Source: Chiloscyllium plagiosum (Eukaryota). From it: 59,473 nt of DNA. Of the stretch, positions 24,101 through 33,944 are shown one piece after another. Position 1 is the first letter of the stretch. Each line of letters begins with the position of its first letter. Location of the stretch: NCBI RefSeq assembly GCF_004010195.1, contig NC_057717.1:106943945-107003417 (forward strand), given 5' to 3'. A model generated the notes under the pieces. It made no database searches and was not told the origin of the DNA. It saw only the letters and a program-made list of their open reading frames with translations. Position numbers and translations under genes: made by a program.

Positions 24101-27100
24101 TGATTTTATAAACCTCTATAAGGTCACCCCTCAGCCTCTGATGCTCCAGGGAAACCAGCCCTAGCTTATTCAACCTCTCCCTATAGCTCAGATCCTCTAA
24201 CCCTGGCAACATCCTTGTAAATCTTTTCTGAACCCTTTCAAGTTTCACAACATCCTTCCGATAGGAAGGAGACCAGAATTACACACAATATTCCAAAAGT
24301 GGCCTAACCAATGTCCTGTACAGCCGCAACATGACCTCCCAACTCCTGTACTCAGTGATCTGACCAATAAAGGAAAGCATACCAAATGCCCATCCTATAG
24401 CTCAAATCCTCCAACCCTGGCAATATACTTGTAAATCTTTTCACGTTTCACAACATCTTTCCGATAGGAAGGAGACCAGAACTGCACGCAATATTCCAAC
24501 AGTTGCCTAACCAATGTCCTGTACAGCTGCAACATGACCTCCCAACTCCTGAACTCAATACTCTGACCAATAAAGGAAAACATACCAAACGCCGCCTTCA
24601 CTATCCTATCTACCTGCGACTCCACTTTCAAGGAACTATGAACCTGCACTCCAAGGTCTCTTTTTCAGCAACACTCCCAGGACCTTGTCATTAAGTGTAT
24701 AAATCCTGCTCTGAATTGCTTTTCCAAAATGCAGCACCTTGCATTTATCTAAATTAAACTCCATCTGTCACTTCTCGGCCTATTGGACCATCTGATCAAG
24801 ATCCCGTTGTACTCTGAGATAACCTTCTTCGCTGAAAACTACACCTGCAATTTTGGTCTTCTCCCCACCAGGTCTTTTATTTACTCAGAAAGAGCAGGAT
24901 TAAGTCCACATGTAACCATTGGGTACCATCTGGTTTTGGCACCTTTACTACGAGTGAGCTCCAGTCACTGTAATTCACTTCGATTGGAACATGCGTTCAA
25001 TCTCCTTTTGAACCTGTGCCAACTTTAGAGGGTTATGCATATAAGAATGTTGCTAAATCAGAACAGCATCTCCTGTAATTACATTATGCATAGTTAGGTT
25101 AGTATTTAAAATTTAAAAGCTTCTTCAAATAGATCGAGCCAAACCTTTCGGAACCTGTGTCTTGTAAACCAAGGGCAACACAAACCTTGTTAAAGGAGCA
25201 ACATGGGAGCAAGTACAGGGCAGTTGGATTGAATGGCCTGTTTTGGTGCTAGAAATTCTATTTCATAGTTTTAAAGCTTTGGCCCCTGGTTTTAGACTCC
25301 CCACTAGAGGTAATATTATTGTTCGATTTATTTGATCATCTGACCCATCTCCATTTGATCACTCCTTAACGTTTTATACTTCAGGCAACCCTGTTCAAGC
25401 TTGTTTCTGTAACCTGCCTCATAATTTCAGTCTTTCAGACAGTCAGGAGAGAATAGATTTTACCTGACGATTGCAGTTTCAGGAGAAGCATGAAGAGTGA
25501 CTTGCCACACGTTCTTTTCTCCCTCATTTCCCCCAGTTCTATCGAAGATATGAACTTACACTGGGTACAGTTTCACAGTTGGAAATAGAAAACACTGAAA
25601 ATTCTCAACAGGTCAAGGAGCAGATCTAGAGAGACAAAGAGTTAATATCATCCCCTCAGTACTGCAGGAATGGAAATTTGGATTATGTGATGAAAGTAGA
25701 AAAGATGGTTTCAGATTGTTCTGACTGAGTTCTGATTAAAGAGCACAGAATCCTATGTGCCCCCTCAACCCATGTACCTCTCTGACAGGGTCTGACTGTG
25801 CACTTGCTGAAACAATATAAGGGGATCACTTACCTGCCCTTCTCCTGAAAATAGAAGGTGTAGTTTGTTGGGGTAACATCACTTGGATTCCAGGTACAAT
25901 TCACTGCCGAATTCTTGTGGAATCTGAAGCAGAATAGGTCTTGGGATGGGTCTGAGTAATAATAAGGAATAAAGTGAGTGAAACACTTTCCAGCCTTAAA
26001 GGGGAAGAGCCAACTCTCTCTGGCCTTGCCTTTCCTCCAAGAGCCCGGAGTCACAGGGCGACAGGTGACAACTGTTTAGCCCTGAGGAAGGGCTTTTGCC
26101 CGAAATGTCGATGTTCCTGCTTCTCGGATGCTGTCTGACTTGCTGTGCTTTTCCAGCACCACTCTAATCTAAACTCTGATCTCCAGCATCTGAAGTCCTC
26201 ATTTTCACCACAACTGTTTAGTAGTTCAGTCACCCTCCAGCCTGGCCTCAGTACAACAGCATCAAGGATCTGGTTGTTCCCAGTGACTGAAATGACACTG
26301 TCTTTGATATAGAGCTGCAATCATCACTTCAGAAGCTGTAGCATTGGTGAAAAGACACTGAATAATGTGGTAGTGACTCACACCTAGGACTCACCATCCC
26401 TGGGCCTGGGCAGAAACCCTCCCCAGGCCTCACTGTAACAGAGGGAGCGACAGAAAACTACACCCAGGACTCACCATCAATTGGTTAGAGATAGGGAGCC
26501 ACTCTATGCCTTAACCATCCTGGCCTAGTCATAGATACACCTCCCCACCACAACCAACCTGGACTGGGCCGAGAATCTACAGCTTGAAGAGAAGCCAGTG
26601 CCAGTATCAAAGGCTGCAGTGTCATTCAGGGATATTTTATGGCAGCTAAAATCCAGATCAGAATTATTAGACAGGTGACCTAAAAACAAAACTGCAAAAA
26701 TAATGAAAGAAGGTATTGTGTCAATTATCAGCACCACCCAGACTGACCATTCATCTGCACAGACCAGGATCCAAATACATCTTTTCAAATCCTGAATATA
26801 CCTGCCCTCTGATTGAAATCTTCTACATAAGATCTTATAACGCTGTGCAATTCTTCACCACTCTACTGAAGGACACAAAGTGCTTTGGTCTATAAAAGCA
26901 AAGTACTGTGGGTGCTGGAAATCTGTGATAAAAACAGAAAGTGCTGGAGAAACTCAACAGATTTCAGTTGCTGCCAGACCTGCTGAGTCTTTGCAGCATT
27001 TTCTGTTTGTTCTTCTGCTTCTTTTATCCTTCCATGATTTTGAACATTTCTGCTTAATCACCCAAAATTTAGTTCGGCCATATCTGAAATTTAGTGTACA

Positions 27101-30100
27101 GTTCTGGTCAGCAGACTACCGGAAGGATGTGAAGGCTCTGGAGAGGGTACAGAAACAGTTTACCAGGATGTTGTCTGGTTTGGAGGGTATTAGCTACGAA
27201 GAGAGATTGGACAAGCTTAGTTTGTTTTCACGAGAACGTCAGAGGCTGAGGGGCAACCTGAGAGAAGTTTACTAAATTATGAGAGGTCTAGATACTCAGA
27301 GTCTTGTTCCCAGGGTAGATTTTTATGGGGCACAGGTTAAAGGTAAAAGGGGTAAGTTCAAAGGAGATGTGAAAGGCAAGGTTTTTACACAGAGGGTAGT
27401 AAATGCATGGAATGTGCTGCCAGTGGAGATGGTGGAGGAAGACACAAAAGTAACATTTAGGAGACATTTTGACAGATATATGAAGAGATAGGGAGTATTT
27501 CATTTGATTTATTACTGTCACCTGTACTGAGGTGCAGTGAAAAGTGTTGTGGATTGTGCTTTACAGGCAAATTGTGCTAAATAAGTGCGCCTGGGTAATA
27601 GTGCAGCATACAGTGTCACAGCGGCTGGGAGGATGCAGAGAGAGCTTATGGAAACATCTGTGGACAGCAATCAGAGTTAATGTTTCAGGTCGAATGACTC
27701 TTCTTTGGTTTTATTTTAATAATCTTATTGAATGTGAGAGCAGACTTGCATCATTGAGTCATGCTCCTAGTTTGGACCATTAATATCGGTTCTGTATTAA
27801 TGATTGATTTTTATATCCTACAGCTCTTATGGTTAAAACTTAGAAATCAATTGTCATTTGTTTTTGTACCCCATCACCTCAAGTTTTCCTTTAATGTACT
27901 GTCAACCCATCTCCCCAAATAGCTCTCCCCAGTAACGGAGTCAACTCTTATTCAAAGTCTTATTACAGCTGTCCTTTTACCAAACTACAATATCTCACTC
28001 TTACTGACACTGAATGCAGCAACCTGTTTTTAACAAAAGCCCTCGTCTTGTCAAAATCTTTTTATGGCTCTCTTTCATCTTCAAAAAAAAAATCTGTTAT
28101 ACTAACCATCTTAATATCATTTCCATTCTCTCTAAACATATCTCCAAATGCTCAGAAGTAACTCAGACAGCATCCAGTGAGATAAATGGCCCAGCCATGC
28201 TGAAAACTGCCCTTAACTGTTACTTTTTGCTTAATTCTAACAATTTTAATACATTTTTCTGTTCTCTTCTCATTCCATTCTGTAACATTCCTTTAGTGAG
28301 CACTAATACAGAATGATCAATGGCTGTGAATCTGAAAGTAGAACTGTACCTGCTTGTGTTTCCTGCTGTATCAGTACAACTGCAATAAGCAGCATCTCAC
28401 AAACTGTTCCCATAATGTCATGAATCACCTGTCAGAGGGAACAGAAGACTGGTGTTACAACAGACAACAGGTAAGGATGCCCGGAGGCATGGTACATTGG
28501 GGAAACCAAGCAAAGGCTACGACAACGGATGAATGGGCACCGCACAACAATCAACAGACAGGAGGGTTCCCTCCCAGTTGGGGAACACTTCAGTGGTCCA
28601 GGACATTTGGCCTCGGACCTTCGGGTGACCATCCTCCAAGGCGGACTTTGGGACAGGCAGCAGCAAAACGTGGCCGAGCAGAGGCTGATAGCTAAGTTCA
28701 GTACCCATCGGGAGGGCCTCAACCGGGACCTTGGGTTCATGTCACATTACAGGTGACAACTACTGCACTATACACACAGACACTCCTGCGCATGCGTGCA
28801 CACATACAGGCACTCCTATACACAGACACAGACACTCACAAACACTCCTACAGACACACACACTCCCACAGTCACACATGCACCCTCTCACAGACTAGAC
28901 ACTTTACACTCACACACACATATACACTCTCTCACAGACACTCACAAAACCCAACCCGGGAAACACACACAGACATATACACACACACACACACACACAC
29001 ACTCAAAAACCCACATGCACACAGACACATATATATTTGTGGGTTGAATTTGTACTTTGCTCAAAAACTGCATGAATCCATGCTAGACCCTGTTAACTTA
29101 CTTTTTAGATTAGAATCAGTCTAAACATTATGGCACAGACAGGGAATACAGGGGGCTAACGCCTTCAATATCTCAAAATCTTATCTGGGCTGACACCAAT
29201 TGTTACAGTTAACCTGAGAATGTAATTTTTAAAAAACGTTTTGTGGCTTTCATATGAAAGAAGTGAAACTATCATGGTCATTCTAACAAATGAGACTTAA
29301 CAAACAATCAAGGTATTTTTCAATGTATAATTTCAGTTACATCACACTGTAAACTTTTGCTATAAATTCTGTGTCTTACAATTGTGCCCTCCACAACCCC
29401 CTGATGAAGGAGCGTCGCTCCGAAAGCTAGTGCTTCCAATTAAACCTGTTGGACTATAACCTGGTGTTATGTGATTTGTAACTTTGTACACCCCAGTCCA
29501 ACACTGGCATCTCCAAATCATGCAACAGTCTAGAGTTTGTTGTGTTTCTATTAATAACTGCTGCTATCTTGTTGCTTGTGTCTTTGTTTACTCAAGTGGG
29601 ATTCCCCAGTGGAGGATCTATGATCCAGTCAATAGATCTGACTTTAATTAAATTTATCGTTGTCACATGTACCTAGGTACAGTGAAATGTTTTGTTTTCC
29701 ATGGAGTCCAAGCAGTTCATACCATTCAAAGTTCATAAGGTAATAGTACAGGAGGAATACAATGTTACAGCTGCAAAGAAGGTGCACAAAAAGCAAGATT
29801 TCAAATATGAGAGGTCCATTTAGAAGTCTAGGACCAGCAAGGAAGAAGCTGTTCTTGAATCTGTTTGTATCTTCTGCCTGACGGAAGAGGTTGGAAGAGA
29901 TTATAACCGGGAGGGGTCTTTGATGATGTTGCTGTCTTCTGAAGTAGCGAGAGGTGTAGATGGAGTCAATGGATGAAAGGTTGGCTTGCGTGATTGACTG
30001 GGCTGTGTTCACAACTCTGTAGCTTCTTATGGTCCTCGCCAGAGCAGTTGCCAAACCAAGCCGCAATGCATCTTCATAGAATGCTTTCAACGGTGCATCT

Positions 30101-31828
30101 ATAAAGGTTGTTGAGAGTCCTTATGGATGTGCCGAATTTTGTGAGTCACCTGTGGAAGCAGAGGTCTTGATGGTCACACCTCTGTGGGTGGCCCAGGACA
30201 GATTGTTGGTGATCATCACTCCTAGAAACTTGATGCTGTTGACCCTCTCCACCTGAGCTCCATTGGTGTAGACAGGGGCGTGCCCTCCATCTTGCTTCCT
30301 GAAGTCAATGGCTAGAGCATTGTCAGTTGTCGATCATTTCAAAATAATGTACAGAGATAAATATTCATCTGCACATTCACTGGAGCATCAGACTGAGAGA
30401 ATTTCTGCTGAAAACCCGACTTATGCATAACTTGCCCACAGTGTCTATGAAATTAACCATCTAACTACACTCTAACTTCAAGGAAAAAAATGGGAAGGCC
30501 AGACAGATTGTCAGCAAGATATGGAGAGACACAGAATAAAAAATTAGCTGAGACAGAAGAGACAGCAAAAACAAGACAGAAATAGATAATTGTATTGAGA
30601 GATAGTGATGCATATGGTAGAGAAAGAATGTTGGAGAGATTTACTGCTAATATTTTAAAAATGAAGCTTCTTTATTGTCTGGTTCCCTGAATGTAGTTTT
30701 TATTTAGTTTGTTTACAGGATGTGGAAATCAAAGGCAAGGTCAGCATTTATTGATCATTCCTAATGCCTTAAAATGATTATGGTGAACTGTGATCTCCAA
30801 ATGAACTCTCAGCCAGTTCAGAGAGGGCATGCACAGTGTCACATCAAAACTAACCTGGACGTGGTTCTCTATAATATGTACTTCACTTTGTTTTCTGGCT
30901 GTTTCCTGTTATGACAAACCCAGAGCTGCAAAGTTGCTTCTTTAATCCGATCCCAAAACTTTTAACCTCTCATTGAACAAGGATCTATTCATCTTTGCCT
31001 TAAAAATATTCAAGGACTCTGCTTCCATCAGCTTTTCAGCAAGAGAGTTCCAAAGACTCAGAAGTGTAGTTACTTAAACATGAATTTAATAAGCAAAGTT
31101 CAACCCGTGTGGTCTCGAGGAGATTAACCACAACACAAACCTGAGAATTGTTTTTTGCCTCATCTCGGTTTTAAATTGGTCATCTCTGATGTTTAAAGTG
31201 TGACCCTTGGTTTTAGATTTCCAGATAAGAGGAAAGATCCTCTGCACGTCCATTCTGTCAAGATCCCTGAGGAATGTGAATGTTCCAATGAAATTGCACT
31301 TCTAAATTCCAACAGCCACAAATCCAACCTGTCATAAAACAGCCCTCCAACTCTGGGTATTAGTCTGGTAAACCTTCCCTGAACTATTTTCAATGCATTT
31401 ACATTCAGTCTTAAATGAGGTGACTAAGACTGCACAGAGTATTCCAGATGATGTCTCACCTGTGCCTACAAACTCCCTATCTTTGTTCTCAATTCTCCTT
31501 GTGATGTATGATAACATTCTATTAGCTTTTCTAATTACTTGCTATACCTGCACACTAAACTTCTGTGATTCACGCACAAGGACCCATACAGCCCAATCCA
31601 TCTGTATTTACCCCAAGTGAGGAAGGACAGTGGGATCTTCATCCCTGTCACTGACAATCTGTACAGGTCCCTGCGCCAAATCACTGAAATGTGAATGTGT
31701 GGATCTGGCCTGAGAATACAATCAGGCATTATGAGAGCTCGACCAATCAAACAACCTATGACCATGTCTGCGGAAACGAGAAGATTAGAGATTAGAATAT
31801 TCATAATCACAGGCACCACCACATTCAT
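3091..31828 (-). CDS. IL27RA: Multi-exon class I cytokine receptor (gp130/IL-12R family; IL-27 receptor alpha/WSX-1-like, could be auto-annotated IL12RB2-like); partial, cytoplasmic exons lie left of the window
   Basis: 11 exons with GT-AG boundaries and compatible phases (one gap-hidden exon needed). They encode a signal peptide, C-x10-C-x-W, WSEWS, FN3 repeats and a TM helix. No Ig exon. Motifs TACCSLNLP..W.NV.A.N, VPLAGP and TASTIAGEG..GP resemble recalled human IL27RA (TCCCSLIP..W.RV.A.N, APLVGP, TASTIAGQG..GP). Family is secure; orthology is inferred. Confidence 0.7.
3380..3855. repeat. Minisatellite, ~34-bp unit (gagggtcagtactgagggagtgctgcactgttg)
   Basis: Visible tandem units; a reverse-oriented relative at ~32060-32220. 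Confidence 0.9.
4368..4505 (-). CDS. Receptor exon: membrane-proximal FN3 (…YTLSHLEPDSTYTIWMTASTIAGEGRRGPYLHFKTQ)
   Basis: 138 bp, ctcacag| and |gtaatg, phase 1->1; alternative in-frame donor would end the exon at 4350. Confidence 0.93.
6275..7348 (-). mobile_element. Penelope-like retroelement, 5'-truncated (RT YVDD + GIY-YIG)
   Basis: Translates PKLWVHYVDDTF, YRKATHTDQ.LNY.S, NVIYKIPC....YIGETGRRL; hammerhead-like motif at the 3' end (6345-6385). Confidence 0.88.
7376..8390 (+). mobile_element. Penelope-like retroelement, 5'-truncated, inverted copy of 6275-7348
   Basis: QPKLWVCSMGDTF, IKFTKEEE...LPFL, NVIYKIPCK, GRRLATRIHEH; reverse complement of the left copy. Confidence 0.88.
9270..9425 (-). 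CDS. Receptor exon: FN3 (VPLAGPEISILNI...LLWKDLPLDQQQGFI...)
   Basis: 156 bp, ctctcgcag| and |gtaaga, phase 1->1; P..GP and W..LP...Q.GFI gp130-family motif. Confidence 0.93.
9725..11435 (-). mobile_element. CR1 LINE remnant with internal deletions
   Basis: Endonuclease-region motifs (LDLVLCN, HLGGSNHN) joined to C-terminal LYKALVRSHLEYCVQFWAP. Confidence 0.85.
12038..12139 (-). CDS. Receptor exon: FN3 (GLLYPLLLYRISVYARYQAGLGGPVSTLVYAEEG)
   Basis: 102 bp, tttcttttcag| and |gtacca, phase 1->1; P..xY.I.V.A and Y..EG pattern. Read in a frame not shown in the ORF track. Confidence 0.9.
12293..12499. mobile_element. Short fold-back hammerhead-bearing element (Penelope-derived) with 14-bp TSD
   Basis: ~74-bp near-perfect inverted arms; CTGAAGA..GGGC-taat-GCCC-GAAACGTC at 12409-12436; TTAGATACAGAGTA at 12279-12292 and 12500-12513. 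Confidence 0.75.
12520..12725. repeat. Degenerate ~65-bp satellite (ggggttagatacagagtaaagct...ctctacactgtccc...)
   Basis: Tandem units; same family at ~45030-45660 and ~49555-49665. Confidence 0.75.
13089..13277 (-). CDS. Receptor exon: FN3 (GFPPPFNMTV...VFWEPP...FVVEW...LNWKKIP)
   Basis: 189 bp, atcag| and |gtaagt, phase 1->1. Confidence 0.92.
13864..14056 (-). CDS. Receptor exon: FN3 (RLEQHQARGIIQKYSV...TACCSL...VTAHNSVGATQP)
   Basis: 193 bp, tttgcag| and |gtaaac, phase 0->1; ARGxI..Y and AxNxxG gp130-family motifs. Confidence 0.92.
15010..15568. other. Assembly gap (559 N)
   Basis: Run of N. Confidence 1.
15569..16943. repeat. Minisatellite, 18-bp unit (cccacacagtccacacact-like)
   Basis: Continuous tandem array between two gaps. 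Confidence 0.95.
16944..17443. other. Assembly gap (500 N, probably unsized)
   Basis: Round-number run of N. Confidence 1.
17444..17915. repeat. Minisatellite, 34-bp unit (gtgtgggtgatatcagagagtgttacagtgagag)
   Basis: Homogeneous tandem array ending ~45 bp from the WSXWS exon donor. Confidence 0.95.
17959..18124 (-). CDS. Receptor exon: WSXWS exon (ISQDEIG...LEDLQPFTVYEIRVQC...LWSEWS...TSED)
   Basis: WSEWS and LxPxTxY motifs; donor |gtaagt phase 1; two in-frame acceptors (exon start 18124 or 18115). Confidence 0.95.
18226..18942. mobile_element. Fold-back element made of Penelope-like 3' ends (same family as 28430-29520)
   Basis: Arms ~18246-18455 and ~18757-18942 are reverse complements; degenerate hammerhead-like motif on the minus strand at ~18300-18335. 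Confidence 0.75.
19635..19938 (-). mobile_element. HE1/V-type tRNA-derived SINE
   Basis: tRNA-like A/B boxes, central tgtgtggagtttgcacattc...gggtttcctc V-domain, (taatc)n tail. Confidence 0.9.
20150..20890 (+). mobile_element. CR1 LINE remnant with deletions
   Basis: IQENP, W..ANV.P..KKG...PGNYR-type motifs and CR1 3' tail. Confidence 0.8.
21049..21206 (-). CDS. Receptor exon: cytokine-binding module part 3 (VKPLSP...ITWQKP...FKLQYR...WTE)
   Basis: 158 bp, ttag| and |gtaagt, phase 1->0; FN3 pattern. Confidence 0.92.
22082..22236 (-). CDS. Receptor exon: cytokine-binding module part 2 (TDPTEISTC...YVAWV...FIIDDI)
   Basis: 155 bp, cccacag| and |gtacag, phase 2->1; joins the next exon as the family-typical DIVKP. 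Confidence 0.88.
22702..23222 (+). mobile_element. CR1 LINE fragment
   Basis: MEFNLDKCEVLHFG...LYRSLVRPLLEYCVQFWSP. Confidence 0.9.
23585..24858 (-). mobile_element. CR1 LINE 3' portion with internal ~215-bp tandem duplication and an inserted fold-back element (23695-23855)
   Basis: ORF2 C-terminal motifs appear twice (24180-24393 and 24395-24597). Confidence 0.88.
25834..25951 (-). CDS. Receptor exon: cytokine-binding module part 1 (DPSQDLFCFRFHKNSAVNCTWNPS...FQEKG)
   Basis: 118 bp, ctcag| and |gtaagt, phase 1->2; conserved C-x10-C-x-W. Confidence 0.9.
27060..27495 (+). mobile_element. CR1 LINE 3' fragment
   Basis: LVRPYL..SVQFWS, LERVQKQFTRM, FTQRVVNAWN. Confidence 0.85.
28430..29520 (+). 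mobile_element. Penelope-like element 3' end (GIY-YIG C-terminus, CA-rich UTR, hammerhead motif)
   Basis: YIGETKQRLRQRMNGHR...VGEHF...EQRLIAKF....GLN; CTGATGA-A-GGAGC-gtc-GCTCC-GAAAGCTA at 29401-29429. Confidence 0.85.
29645..30310 (-). mobile_element. Rex1/Babar-like LINE 3' fragment
   Basis: RVVNTAQSIT..NL.SI.SIY.SR ... TNRFKNSFF, typical of Rex-Babar ORF C-termini. Confidence 0.7.
30950..31590 (-). mobile_element. Old CR1 LINE fragment
   Basis: Degenerate VQGRFTRLIP and MLSYITR.IE motifs. Confidence 0.75.
31756..31828 (-). CDS. Receptor exon: signal peptide MNVVVPVIMNILISNLLVSADMVI
   Basis: Acceptor ctgtcctcag 6 nt before the ATG (exon starts 31834); hydrophobic stretch ending VSA; phase-1 donor AG|gttgtt (weak) joins the next exon as D. 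Confidence 0.6.
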
Positions 31829-32059
31829 TCCTAGCTGAGGACAGAATAGATCACTGTTAAACGGTGCACAGCTAGTCCCTAACAACAGTAATTTAGCAAA
31901 GAATACATGCCATTTTTGACATGGTGGTTGAGAAATGGATATTAGCCAGAAGATTGTACAGGCCTCCTTTCCTCTTCTCCAGACTAGTTATGTGGAATTG
32001 TTTACATCTAAATTACCTGGCAGAATTAACCTCAGTTCAATATCTAATCTGAGAGAGAG

Positions 32060-32750
32060 TACCTCAACCGTGTATGATCCCCTCAGTAGTGACCCTCCAA
32101 CATTGCAGCACACACAAAGCACTGACCCTCTGACAGTACAGCACTCCCTCAGTACTGACACTCCAGCAGTGTCATCGTTCTTCACCTTCCAACAGTGCAG
32201 TAGTCTTTCATTACTAATCCTCCAACACTAAAGCCCCATCCTCATTACTGATCTCCAACAGTAACGCACTCCCTCATAACTGATACTCCCACAGTAAAAC
32301 CCCCTCATTACTGATACTCCCATAGTAAAGCCCCCCCATTACTGATCTCCAACAGTAAAGCCACTCCTCATTACTGATACTCCCACAGTAAAGCCCCCTC
32401 ATTACTGATCCTCCAACAGTAAAGCCCCCCTCATTACTGATCTCCCACAGTAAAGCCTTTTACTGATCCTCCAACAGTAAAGCCCTCCCTCATTACTGAT
32501 ACTCCCACAGTAAAGCCCCCCCATTACTAATCTCCAACAGTAAAGCCACCCTAATTACTAATCCTCCCACAGTAAAGCCCTCCCATTACTTATCTCCAAC
32601 AGTAAAGCACCCCCTCACTACTGATACTCCAACAGTAAAGCCTCCCTCATTACTGATTTCCCACAGTAAATTGCCCTCCCATTACTGATCTCCAACAGTA
32701 AAGCCCCCCTCATTACTCATCCTCCAACAGTAAAGCACTGCCTCAGCCCT
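32060..32750. repeat. Minisatellite, ~30-bp unit (ccctcattactgatctccaacagtaaagc)
   Basis: Tandem array that grades out of the 34-bp cagtactgaccctc family. Confidence 0.9.
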
Positions 32751-33057
32751 GACTTTCCAACTTGTCCTTACCCTAGAACGTTTTGGCGCTGTCTTCATTC
32801 TGTCTGTGCAAACGTCTGGCATTCACTTAGTATTGACTCTCCAATAGAGCATTAATCTGCCCAAACTGACCATCCAACAATGCAACATGCCTTCAGTGCT
32901 GTACTGCAGCATCAGCTGTGATGATGTGCTCAGATCCATAGAATGAACTTCATTGCCTCTTCACTCAGGAGTGAGTTTACCAAAGCTAAGCTCACAGATC
33001 GAGGTGCCCCATTTCACTGAGACATAGAGGTGTTGGGAGGCATCATGGAAGGCTTAC

Positions 33058-33240
33058 CTGGTGCCGGATTTATGTGCTCGTGAGGAAGCAGATGTAATTT
33101 AACTGAGAAACTGAAAACAATGCTGGAAACACAAGACAGGAAGCTGTCAGCTTTGCAATTACATTTCTGAGAATGACAATGAAAATACTTTCAGTAGATG
33201 CAAGGAAGTGAAAAGCCGCAAGTCACAGGAAGTGATCAGC
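33058..33240 (-). promoter_or_regulatory. Probable promoter and non-coding first exon of the cytokine receptor
   Basis: Minus-strand donor CAG|gtaagc at 33058; ISRE-type GAAACTGAAA 33107-33116; ETS ACAGGAAGC 33136-33144; GAS TTCTGAGAA 33165-33173; EICE GGAAGTGAAA 33204-33213; ETS ACAGGAAGTG 33225-33234. Confidence 0.6.
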
Positions 33241-33944
33241 AAAGCGTGCTCCTGACAGCCCTGCACTAATGCTGCAGTGTTGACAGTGTAGTGCTGAGAA
33301 AGCACAGCAGGTCAGAGAGTTCCTCCTTCCTGATGAAGGGCTCTTGCCCGAAACATCAATTCTCCTGTTTCTCAGATGCTGCCTGACCTGCTGTTCTTTT
33401 CCAGCACCACACTCTCAACTCTGATCTCCAGAATCTGCAGTCCTCACTTTCTCCTAGTTGACTACTAACACTGCAGTGACAAAACCCAATTGCTGGGGGA
33501 GGCTTCACAAAGTCTGAGTGGAGGAACAAGATCAAGATCCATTGGGGGGGTTCCCAGGGGAAATGAAACTTTGGGCATCTTGTGCATCTTGCTACAGTGT
33601 CAGATATCCTCTAGTAGGCATGGGATATTTACCAGCAGCTCTGACCCTCTCCCCAGTAGGAAATAAATGTTTACCATCAGCCCTGATCCTCTCCCCAGTA
33701 AGAATTGGGTATTTACCAGCAGCCCCGACCTTTCCCCAGTGGGAAATGAATTGGGTATTTACCAGCAGCCCTCATACAAATAACCTGCTGGAAATGCTAG
33801 GAGACAGAGGGTCAAGCCTGAAGGAGGGACTGAAAGAAATCCAAATTATTAGTCAAGAAATGGTATTTAGGAAATTGATGGAATAAGTCCCCAGGCCGTA
33901 ATGCTGTGCATTCTAGAGTACTTATAGAAGTGGCCTAGAAGTGT

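Noticed and set aside
26525..26788. ORF with a good acceptor (gtttttag at ~26680) between the signal and first CBM exons; candidate Ig or extra exon
   Set aside because: No Ig pattern; the best donor gives phase 2, incompatible with the phase-1 acceptor at 25951, and the flanking exons already join in frame.
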